Made by a program: the position numbers and the translations under genes
Notes under the pieces: generated by a model
The model's database searches: none
What the model was told of the DNA's origin: nothing
What the model saw: only the letters and a program-made list of their open reading frames with translations
Shown here: piece after piece, positions 49,595 through 59,610 of the stretch
Layout of the letters: each line of letters starts with the position of its first letter
How positions within the stretch are numbered: position 1 is the first letter of the stretch
From: Octopus bimaculoides
Lineage: Eukaryota
Assembly: GCF_001194135.2 (NCBI RefSeq)
Contig: NC_068986.1
Span: 72,913,859-72,973,468 of the forward strand
Direction of reading: 5' to 3'
Length of the DNA: 59,610 bases

Positions 49595-49703
49595 ATGAGC
49601 CAAACTCCTAACCAAAATGCCAAGGCCTTTAAAATCTGGAACAGCGAAAGAACTACGAAAAAACCTGTTGTAGCAAGTAATCTGCAAGATTTAGTTTTAA
49701 AGG
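49595..49703 (+). CDS. DFFA: CIDE-N domain, first coding exon (MSQTPNQNAKAFKIWNSERTTKKPVVASNLQDLVLK-G); symbol tentative, from domain plus synteny
   Basis: Matches the CIDE-N start pattern (FKIW..ER..KK.VVAS.L.DL). The acceptor TTTCAG at 49561-49562 implies an upstream non-coding exon. Confidence 0.85.
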
Positions 49704-52700
49704 GTAAAATATTTTTGTAATTGTTTTGTATTCAGTAATTTGTAACAATATAAAATCAATAATTAAACAAGATGTGAGGTGAAAATACATAACTACATAT
49801 TTTTAATTGTTAAAATTGCAAACTTAGAAAACATAAGAGTAGCTGATTTTATTGTATTTATAACACAAACTAAAAAAAAAAAAAAAATCTTAGATTGGCT
49901 CTTATTAATTCCCTTGCTAAATATTTACATAAACTGATACTTCTTCCTCAAAATTAAATTTTTGTCCTTGTTAATTTATTCCTGCAACCACAAACTATGT
50001 GTTGATCAAGAATATCAGTCATGTAAACTTCAACTTCTTGCAAAATTTATGAGGACCATGGACACAGTTCCCTTTCTCCACACCAAACCTTTAAACAAAA
50101 TGGAAGTACAACAAACATTTCTTGAAACAATATTGATATTGTGTGGAGATGGACCAGGGTTTTGCTAAGACCTAGCCTTGGTGATGCTCCATGATAAATA
50201 TAGATATAATCAATTGACTCTGTCATATTGGTTAACAATAAGAAAGATAACCATTAAAGCCAAAGATATTGAAGAAATCTCCAAAATACAATCAATGGTT
50301 ATTGTATCAAAATACATGTAAAGACATTTGTGTGAAGTCATATTTAACATATTACAGTACATTTGGATATGAGAAAATCTGCTGTTGTGGAAATAGACAA
50401 AAGCAGAAATTCTCCTCCTGCACATATGTGAAAATACATGCTGCACTGTGAATGGCATCATTGGATGATAGGACACATGCGTTTATGTTATTCCACTTTC
50501 TCAGCTATGAATGCCAAATCTGTCATTCATAGCTCAATAAGTAAAAAAAATCATTCTTATCAAAACCTTATATGATACATTCGTTGAAGTGTGTAAAGCT
50601 TGGTGAGACTAAAATTAGATAAATAATGTCACACTAAGCAGCATTGGATAAAATATTTTGGGGTAAAATTATATTTAATACATTTGAATGCATTTGGACA
50701 TGGAGAAGACTTTCTCCTAAGGAAATAGTCCTGGCAGAAAATTCTCTTCCAAGACAGTCCAACCTATGCCAGCATAGATCACAATTAAAACATTAGTCAA
50801 TGAAGGAGCCTCTAAGTATTTAGTTCACCTACTAGAAATGGCAACGAAATGCCCCTCTTATCACATGTTATCATTTAAGACCAAAAGTGAAGGACATGTT
50901 GGATAATGTGTACATATATATATAATTTCTGAAAAAAATGAGATGTTAATGATTGGAAAGCTTTTGATCATAAGTCTGCTCAATTCTGTGGTTAAACAAC
51001 AACAACCTGTTGAAGCATCACTAAAGCTCATGACAAAGAATAAGATTTCATTTTGAAATATATCAAATCCCATAAACTAAATGACAATGTTGATACAACA
51101 CAGAATAAAGAAAGTGGCTGCACAAATAATAGAACATGCAGCGTTTACTCTTATTCTTATATTTCTTTTTCATTCTTTCTAAGTTTGACTTTATGGTTGA
51201 GAAATCCCAGTAATATGCTGTACTCCATTTAATTGATACTTCTTGTATTCATTCACAATTTTGGCCTTCTACTTAAGGATAAAATTAATATTATTTATTG
51301 ATCTCTTTTATTGTAGGAAAACTTAAACTTGGGTTAACCACTGGGACAGATATTCGATTAGTTTTGGAAGCTGATGGAACTGATGTAGATGATGAAGATT
51401 ATTTTGCACTTCTTCCTAATGATACAGTATTTGTTCTGTTAGAATCTGATGAACGGTGGCATTCAGCAAATGAAGGAGGTAAGGCATTTACCAATGTAAT
51501 TATATTAATATTTATTCATTTAAAATACTATGTTCAACGTTGTGTTCATATTATTTCGTAACTGATTAATAATTCTCTTAATTTTGAGTAGAGATGTTGA
51601 GATACAACAGCTCTTGTACTACTGACATGTGATTAGAATGTCGTAGGAAGGAATCACAAGAGAGATTCTTTAAATTTTGCCAATTGGCACAAGACGTAAA
51701 AGTGGACCCATCACCCATGAATGAGCTGGTTGGGTAATATCCATAATCTCAGTTGGTCACACTTGGGAATCTAGCCAGAAAATGTAATGATGGTTGTTTC
51801 TGATAGGGTGTGATGGAAGATTGCCTGAAGACTCTACCCCATGGACCTGTCCAGGAAAATTGGGTGGAAAAAGTGGATGGATAGATGTTGGTGTAGTTTA
51901 ATATATATCTTCTCTGGATCTTTGCTGTCCCCTGCTAGCTGGACCACCACCAGTACCTTCTTTGGCCAGATGTTCAGTTTACTGCTGTCACGAGAGAGAA
52001 TCTTGCACCTTCAGGAATCTGAGAGGTCCTTCTTAACCTGTCGACCGCATGGTGTAGAGTTTGGGTAATTTTTTACAAATGTCAGCACTATGTAATTATT
52101 GCTGTGTGCCCTTCTTTTTATATGGTCAACCGTTTCACTCCCTTCCTTCTAATTACTTTGGTTGATGAAGGTGTATGTCATGGGAAGAGATTCTTTTATG
52201 GAAGTAATTCCAGACCTATATTGCTTTTCTGTCTTTAGTGTTGACCATAGATACTACATTTTGAAAACTTTTATTGTACAATGTAAAGCAAAGACACACA
52301 GAACACACCTACACGCACCCACATGCACACATATATGTTTGGGTGTGGGCCCGTATATATGCATGTGTGTTTTTATATATGTATGTATGACTGTACACAT
52401 ATGTGGTTGTGAGATGCAGGTATGACTGTGAGGCATGCAGACACAGCTGTGAAGTGCAGGTATGGTCATGTAATCAAGCAGCTTGCTTGATCTTGGACTG
52501 GTGTCTTCTACTGTAGCCCAAGACAACTAAAGCCTTGTAAGTGGATTTGGTAGATGAAAACAGAAAGAAGTCCAATGCATATATATATTATATCTTGTCT
52601 TGTAATGGCATTCACTCAAAAAATGTGTACCAATAATTTAAACATTTTTGCTTCTCTAAATTCAAACATTATTACTTTAGTACATGGAAAGTTATTATTG

Positions 52701-53976
52701 CTATTTTTACTAGTATCTTGGACAACACCATCTAATGTGTTCTTTATTTGAGCAGCAACATAGCAGCTCCCTTTTGAGCTGCCCCCAGTGCTGTCTTAAG
52801 GCACAGGCACACTTGGTAGTTGCCTGGATGCTTCATAGGTTTAGGAGCTCAAATCTGATCTATGTATGCTCTGTCTTGCTGTCAAATTAATACTATTGGG
52901 TTCAGTGCATTGATTTCCCCAGGGGCCTATGATGCTGCTGGCTACCCCTATGAAGGACCCACTGTTGAGCACCAAAATTTATTGAGAATTGGATAATACA
53001 TTACCAGTTTTTCCAGAAAACAATTAGGGGAAAAAAAATTGTTGGTTTTGGGAATATTTAGAAGTTGTCTAAATTGCCAGACGATTTACAAAATGTTTTC
53101 TATAATTTTTGCATTATTTTGCTGACTTTTTCAGATGGAGGAAAGGATGTCAAAGCAATAAAGAATTCTGTAAAGGATATAAACTCTGTTGTGCCTGTTG
53201 TAACATCTGTTACCCAACCAACTATTTCAGTAGCTTCTGCATCACCAGTAGATGTTGCCTCTCCTGCTTTACCTCTTCCTCCAGTCTGGTCTAATCCACC
53301 TTCTACAGTTAGTATCGGAAGTACAACTAATGGCAGCACCCCAATAGCTTCAGAGTCTGTCCAACTTCCAGAAGAATCTTCTTTCACATCAAAGAATGGC
53401 ATCAATATAGCTGATTTCAAGAAAGATGCATACCAATGGAATGAACAGTCGACAAGGCTCTTCATAGAACTTTATAAGCATTATCATGAACTTTTTTTGC
53501 AACCTAACATTAAAAAAAAGAATCTTTGGGAAGAAATTTCTAAAAAGATGCTTGAGTATGGGTTTGAAATTAGCGCTCGTCAATGTGAAAACAAATGGAA
53601 ATCACTAAAACTGTCTTTCAAAAAAGTTGAAGAATATAATAGAAACTCAGGATTAAAACGAAAGTGTAGCTTCTATGATGAAATCTCAGAGATTCTTGGA
53701 CAATCAAATGTGATTTCAATTAGTTTGGCTAGTACATCATCTAACTCTGCAACTGAAATTCTTGAGAGTTCCACAGAAAAGGTTCGACGCTTTAAGCCAA
53801 AACGACCGCGTTCTTCAGAATGCAGTACCATGGACATTTTGAACTGGCTCAAAGCAAACAAAGAAGAAGAGAAACGCCAGCAAGAAGAAGACCGCCTGGA
53901 AATGCGTAAAATGCATGAGGAAAAAATGAAAGCTTTCTATAGCTTTTTAGATGTACTTAAGAAATGGAAAAGTTGA
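49595..53976 (+). CDS. CIDE-N (DFFA/ICAD-like) plus Myb/SANT-like trihelix fusion protein, 370 aa; join(49595..49703,51317..51478,53135..53976)
   Basis: 109+162+842 = 1113 nt, one open frame. Both introns are phase 1 GT-AG (AAGG|GTAAAA...TTGTAG|GA; GGAG|GTAAGG...TTTCAG|AT). A CTGAC branch-like site lies at ~53122 and AATAAA at 53981. Confidence 0.8.
51317..51478 (+). CDS. DFFA: CIDE-N domain, second coding exon (G-KLKLGLTTGTDIRLVLEADGTDVDDEDYFALLPNDTVFVLLESDERWHSANEG); symbol tentative
   Basis: Signature LVLE.DGT.VDDEDYF..LP..T.FV.L...E.W; canonical splice sites; 162 nt. Confidence 0.92.
51640..52070 (-). mobile_element. Degenerate RTE-like LINE 3' fragment in intron of the CIDE-N gene
   Basis: Decayed …IWPKKVLVVVQLAGDSKDPEK… similarity. 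Confidence 0.45.
53135..53976 (+). CDS. Terminal exon: S/T/P/V-rich linker, Myb/SANT-like trihelix domain (~53431-53700), basic patch KVRRFKPKRPR (~53779-53811), C-terminal coiled coil
   Basis: W..E.T.LFIELY...KK.LWEEIS.KM...GF..S..QC.NKWKSLK..FKK...NR.SG..R.C.FYDEI..ILG is the Myb_DNA-bind_4/GT-1/MSANTD pattern. The reading frame is intact. Confidence 0.9.
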
Positions 53977-54726
53977 GTAAAATAAATAGAAAGCAACGAA
54001 AAAACTATGTTCACACTAATGTTCTCACCAGAACAAAGAATATCTCATGTCATTTTATTTTCATCAGATATATCATACATTTCTGCACCGTAGCAGTGTC
54101 TTGTGTAAAAATCACATCTTGAACAATGATTATAACTATATGAATTGAAAAAAATTAAAATATATTTGTATTTGAATTACTGCATGCATAAAACAGAAAT
54201 ACATTTATATATTTTTATATTTAGTTTTGTTATATATGTAAATTTGATCTTTCAGAAAAACAATAATAGTTTTGGTCAAATTATTTTATATGAAACTCAG
54301 CTATTTTCTATTTATTTTACATCCATTTTCTTGGATGGTAAATTTAATCTCTCACCCAGTTTAACACCACCATCTGGCTCAGAAAGTATCTCTAGTGTTA
54401 TTCATTCTGTTATCATCCAGTTTAAAACCTTCAACTGGTCCTTGGATGCCTTTTGCTGAGTCCACTTTGTTGTCACTGAGTTGTACACTCCCAGCTGGTC
54501 CTGGGATATATGTCTTTAGCAGAGTACACTCTGTTGCAAGTATTCAGATCAGATCCTCAATCTGAGGTTAACTTCTTTTCTTTTCCCTAGCAGTCTCAGT
54601 GACCCTAAAAAGGGTCATGGGAATTGTTTTTCTTTTCCTAATGATTCAGTATCATGAAATTAAATAAATGAAAATCAAATACGCATGGGAAAGGGACAGT
54701 GTTTGTAAATTTGGACATTTGCATTA

Positions 54727-55616
54727 TACAAGATGCATTCCAGAAGTTTTGAGACTTTTTCAGTAGTGAACTGATAGTAGGACCCCCTAACTTCAATGCA
54801 ATTGTAGAATTTTGGCCCCTTTGTAAAGGCCCCATGGAAGTCCTTCTAAGTGAAGATGTCCAGGACCTTTGCCGTAGCCTCCTTCATCTGCTCAATGTCT
54901 CCAAAATGAGTACCCCTGAAATTCTTTTTTAACTTGGAGAATAGCCAAAAGTCTCTGGGGGCAAGGTTTGGTCTCTTGGGTGAGTAAGGGACAGTTTTGA
55001 TGATCATCTCTGTCAAGTAGTTGATTACTAGGATGGAGTTGTGAATTGGTGCATTGTCCTGGTGCAGGTGCCATCAATCGAAGTGAAAGAGCTCTGGTCG
55101 TTTGCAACAAAATCTCTTCCTGCACTCACTCAAGATCTCTGCAAAGTACTTTTAGTTGACCATCTGGCCAGAGAGAATGCAGTGGATATAGACGATGCCC
55201 TCACTGTTGAAAAAGAGGGAGCATTATTAGCTTCCCAGTGGACTTGCTTTACCTGGGCTCTTCTACCTGCAAAAATCAGGCACAACTTGATTAACTTGTA
55301 TAAGCAATCTAGGGCATTTCATAAGAGTCTGTAGCATTTTTGTACAGTTTAACACAAAACTTTACAGCATAATGTGCTTCTAAATTGTGTTCACATACCA
55401 ACAGCATTTTGCAAATTAGTTAGCTGTGACAAGCAGTGTTTGGGTGTGTTCAAAGTGCTATTACAGCCATTTTGTTCAATCTAGAATAACAAAAGTTGAA
55501 AGAACAGCTTATTAGATGTATTGTAATAATATATTAAAATCACACAAATTTAGAACAATTCTAACTGATTTTCCAAAAAAAAAAAAGGCTTCAAAACTTC
55601 TGGAATGCATCTCATA
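54727..55616 (-). mobile_element. Mariner element, internally deleted, with both TIRs and TA flanks
   Basis: TA-CAAGATGCATTCCAGAAGTTTTGA versus TA-TGAGATGCATTCCAGAAGTTTTGA at the other end; decayed QDNAP.H.SI and ..P..PDL.P.DFWLF motifs. Confidence 0.88.
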
Positions 55617-55950
55617 CCTTCTTGGAGCATCAACTTTTACAGCTAGGCATCCTTGTTGTTAAACATTCCTTCATGAAATAGAAGTGATCAGGCTTATTTT
55701 GTAGTTGATGGATAGATGGAAGCAGATATAATCAGTGTTGAAGAACATTTACACAATGAATGCAAAAATACTTGAACTCCTCTTCAAGAGGTCATTAATC
55801 TACCATATTTACACCATAACTATTGTAATGTACTTCAGGTTGACCACTGCCCTAGGATTGAATTTTACTTGACGGAGACTGTATATAAGCCCATTGTATA
55901 TGAGTATGAATATCCATCCATCTATATGACTGTGCATATGCGTGTGTGTA

Positions 55951-56015
<65 letters not shown>

Positions 56016-56313
56016 TGGTCCTGTGCCGGTGGTACATAAAAAGCACCATCCAAGCATGATTGTTGCTAGTGCCGCCTGACTGGCCCTCGTACCGGTGGCA
56101 TGTAAAAAGCACCCACTATACTCTCAGAATAGTTGGTTTTAGGAAGGGCATCCAGCTGTAGAAACCTTGCTAGATCAGACTGGAGCCTGGTTCAGCCTTC
56201 TGGCTTGCCAGTCCTCAGTCAAACCATCCAGCCCATGCTAGTATGGAAAGCAGATGTTAAACGATGATGATGATGATGATGTATATATATTTATATATAT
56301 ATATATATTTATA

Positions 56314-56348
<35 letters not shown>

Positions 56349-56989
56349 NNNNNNNNNNNNNNNNNNNNNNNNNNNNNNNNNNNNNNNNNNNNNNNNNNNN
56401 NNNNNNNNNNNNNNNNNNNNNNNNNNNNNNNNNNNNNNNNNNNNNNNNNNNNNNNNNNNNNNNNNNNNNNNNNNNNNNNNNNNNNNNNNNNNNNNNNNNN
56501 NNNNNNNNNNNNNNNNNNNNNNNNNNNNNNNNNNNNNNNNNNNNNNNNNNNNNNNNNNNNNNNNNNNNNNNNNNNNNNNNNNNNNNNNNNNNNNNNNNNN
56601 NNNNNNNNNNNNNNNNNNNNNNNNNNNNNNNNNNNNNNNNNNNNNNNNNNNNNNNNNNNNNNNNNNNNNNNNNNNNNNNNNNNNNNNNNNNNNNNNNNNN
56701 NNNNNNNNNNNNNNNNNNNNNNNNNNNNNNNNNNNNNNNNNNNNNNNNNNNNNNNNNNNNNNNNNNNNNNNNNNNNNNNNNNNNNNNNNNNNNNNNAGTA
56801 TGACACCATCCCTTCCTTCCTTATTCATCTATCACCCCTTCCTTTCTCATTCATAAACACAAGAGTATTATTATAGTAGATTATCTTGGTAACCATGGGA
56901 GCTATGAAAAAATACAAAGCCCAGCAACACCACCAGATCATTCTACACATCTGTGTAATTTTTCCGCTGACCGCTAAATCCATAATTTT

Positions 56990-57150
56990 TTTTTATTCTC
57001 TCTCTGTTTATTTCCTCGTGTTACTTTCTGTTGAAGAGCACAGGCTTGAAATGTAAAAGACTTTCTCACCTTCCCGAGCATTAAACTAATACACCTGCTT
57101 GTTGTTTATACACATGTCTCCTTTCGTTTTTCTGTAAATTACAACTATAT
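56990..57150 (+). mobile_element. Penelope-like terminal segment
   Basis: TTGAAGAGCACAGGCTTGAAATGT motif. Confidence 0.4.
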
Positions 57151-57629
57151 GTGTGTGTGTGTGTGTATGTATGTAAGTATGCATGTTAGTAAGTATGTAC
57201 ATATATATATATATATTTGTGTGTGTGTGTGTGTGTGTCTCTCTCTCTCTCTACCCTCAGTCACAATTAGTGACAATTGAATTTTTCCTCTTTGGTTTCA
57301 TATTGCATATAGCTGCCTTTTGCTGAATCAGCCATAGATTCATATAGTAATTATATATATACTGACGGTCAGGATTTAGTCAAACTATTCAGTGGTGAAT
57401 TAGTCACTACTGATGAACTTATAATTTTCAAGCAAAAGTAGACTAGTATAGTGATCATGCTTGCTGTGTGGTGGTTATCTCCTGTGTCAGCATATGTGCT
57501 TTCTTGTGGCTCTGAAGGATTTTAGTTTGTATTTCTAGCAATACAACATGGGAGTGTCTGAGTTTCTTTTCAGGCAGCTAGTGCATGAAGACATTCGATA
57601 TTCCTCATATAAGATGAGAAAGGGTCAAT

Positions 57630-57845
57630 TTTTATTCCAAGCCATCAAGGAAGCTTTTGAATAAACTCAAGCATCCCCTCCAACCAAACATGCTTTGGTT
57701 TTTTTTTCAGATGAGAAAAATTTCTGCCAGCATCAGATGGTGAACACACAGAACAACTGTTGGCTTGCTGTATCCCCAAAATATATACTGAGAGTGATAA
57801 AAATCAAACATCCAGTCAACATCATGGTGTTTGGAGTGATCACTA
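57630..57845 (+). mobile_element. Tc1/mariner (maT/DD37D-like) transposase fragment
   Basis: FFSDEKNFCQHQMVNTQNNCWLA…KHPVNIMVFGVITS. Confidence 0.8.
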
Positions 57846-58189
57846 GTTTTCTAGGCTTGCATGGGTTGGATGGAACTGGTTGAGGCAGATTTTCTATAGT
57901 CAGATGACCTTCCTGTCACCAACTCTCATCTCTATATTCAAGCAAAGTAATATTTCCTCACAATTTGACATGTTTTTATGCAAGTTTGGAAACAAACAAC
58001 ACCACTTACATGAGGGTGAGGCTCATTTACAATCATTGCACAATGGTCAAGACAAGGAGACACAAGTGCACACTCACATATGCCAACATGTACATGTACA
58101 TACAGAGACAAATATACACATAGTCATTCATTCATACATACAGATATGTATATATATATGTTAATAAACAAGGATACAAATCAGTACCA

Positions 58190-58720
58190 GCAATTGCTAG
58201 AAATAAGAGTCCACTGAAAAAGATATTAAATCTTGCATTGCTAAGGCTTGGGCAGCTATAGATATTCTTAGACCAATATGGAAGTCAACCCTATCAGATA
58301 AATCGAAGAGACAGTTCTTCAGAGCAGCTGTTGAATCTGTACTTGTATATGGATCTCTGACTTGGACTCTCATCAAGAGACTCAGGTGCATGCCTATACC
58401 AGAATGTTACGTGCAGTGCCCATCATCTCTTGGAGGGAGCACCCAACAAAAAAACAGTTATATGGGAATGTACCAACTTTCTCATCAACTATCCAAGAGT
58501 GGAGATTGAGGTTTTCTGGCCACTGCTGGAGAAGTAAGGAGGAACTTGTGAGTAATGTGTTGCTGTGGACACCAAATCATGGTACCACAGTGGCTGGAAG
58601 ACCACGGAAGACATATGTACAACAGCTAGCAGAAGATGTTGGATGCCAAGTTGAAGACCAATAAAACACTAATGGATGATCGGGAGGGATGGAGAAAAGT
58701 AGCCAGGCTGGCCCAGGCAG
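58190..58720 (+). mobile_element. RTE-type LINE C-terminal fragment
   Basis: IAKAWAA…FFRAAVESVL.YGS; AYTRMLRA…RLRFSGHCWRS…GRPRKTYVQQL. Confidence 0.85.
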
Positions 58721-58903
58721 TCAGTCTGACTGGATGACACCTTGATAGATGATTGAAACATTGGGGAACTCCAAATAATAATGATCTTAAACTGTGGTTC
58801 TCAACCATATTTTGCTTACAAATCCCTTTGATTCCTATTTTACTCAACTGGGCTTCCATAGCTATTTGATGTAAAAAAAATCCTACAGTCTTTTTAGAAT
58901 GAA

Positions 58904-59230
58904 GGAGGCATATGGCTCAGTGGTTAGAGCATCAGGCTCACAATCCCCAGACTGGGCTCTATGTTGTGTTCTTGAGCAAGACACTTTATTTCACATTGCT
59001 CCAGTTCACTCATCTGTAGAAATGAGTTGCGAGATCACTAGTGCCAAGCTGTGTCAACCTTTGCCTTTCCCTTGGTTAGCAGCAGTGATGTGGAGAGGAG
59101 AGGTTGGTATGCATGGGTGACTGCTGGTCTTCCATGAACAATCTTGCCCAGACTTGTGCCTCAGAGGGTAACTTTCTAGGTGCAATCCTATGGTCATTTA
59201 TGACTGAAGGGGTCTTTACCCGTTACCGTT
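58904..59230 (+). mobile_element. tRNA-derived CORE-like SINE
   Basis: TGGCTCAGTGGTTAGAGC A box; GTGTTCTTGAGCAAGACACTT core-like segment. Confidence 0.75.
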
Positions 59231-59334
59231 TTTTTTTAGTTGGAATTGTATTAAAAAAATGATAAAATATTTTGTGTATTGTAGAAGTATAAGCAATTTA
59301 TTGCACATAAATTTTAATGACAAAATTTTATATG

Positions 59335-59610
59335 GACCTGCCAGTCACCTAGTCACCTACTGCTCCGGCAGACACTCTAGCCAAATTGACTACATCCTCG
59401 CCAGAAATAGGGAAAGAGGGCGGCTTATAAATGCCAAGACCTACCCTGGCGAAGAATGTACCCCGCAACATAGATTAGTAGTTAGCGACTTTGGGATCAA
59501 GGCAAAATGGGTGCCCAGAATTAGACCAGCTTGGAGGAGAAGGGTGTGGAAGCTTAAAGACCCTGCAAATAGACAGAGACTTAGAGACAAGTTACTTGAA
59601 GCATTTAACG
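59335..59610 (+). mobile_element. LINE (RTE-like) AP-endonuclease fragment, running off the right edge
   Basis: TYCSGRHSSQIDYILAR…GEECTPQHRLVVSDF. Confidence 0.85.

Noticed and set aside
53065-53134. 5' part of the listed 303-aa ORF as coding
   Set aside because: It starts at TTG and covers the branch point and polypyrimidine tract; the exon starts at 53135.
54000-59610. Canonical DFFA C-terminal (DFF-C) exons
   Set aside because: Candidate acceptors at ~54590 and ~55704 give early stops in phase 1; nothing DFF-C-like was recognised.

Overview
AT-rich, repeat-dense eukaryotic DNA with five N-gaps. Its SINE/LINE/microsatellite content looks like a coleoid cephalopod (Octopus-like) genome; that is an inference. 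I could assemble two divergently oriented spliced genes by hand. (1) Minus strand: the 5' part of PEX14, six coding exons from 27894 down to 4446, with the remaining exons beyond the left edge; its first intron appears to use a GC donor. (2) Plus strand: a three-coding-exon gene, join(49595..49703,51317..51478,53135..53976), 370 aa. It joins an N-terminal CIDE-N domain (DFFA/ICAD-like) to a Ser/Pro-rich linker, a Myb/SANT-like trihelix DNA-binding domain, a basic NLS-like patch and a C-terminal coiled coil; no DFF-C domain is visible. PEX14 and DFFA are head-to-head neighbours in human, so this may be an ancient gene pair whose ICAD C-terminus was replaced or supplemented by a Harbinger-type Myb exon. 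This is the top finding. The rest is decayed mobile DNA: tRNA-derived SINEs, RTE, CR1/L2, RLE-type and Penelope-like retroelements, pogo, Tc1, mariner, Helitron and MITEs. Several structures deserve a second look: a decayed hammerhead-like motif, a 450-bp foldback around a tRNA-like head, TTAGGG-containing MITEs, and inverted repeat pairs around PEX14 exons. Repeat boundaries are approximate unless TSDs or TIRs are quoted.
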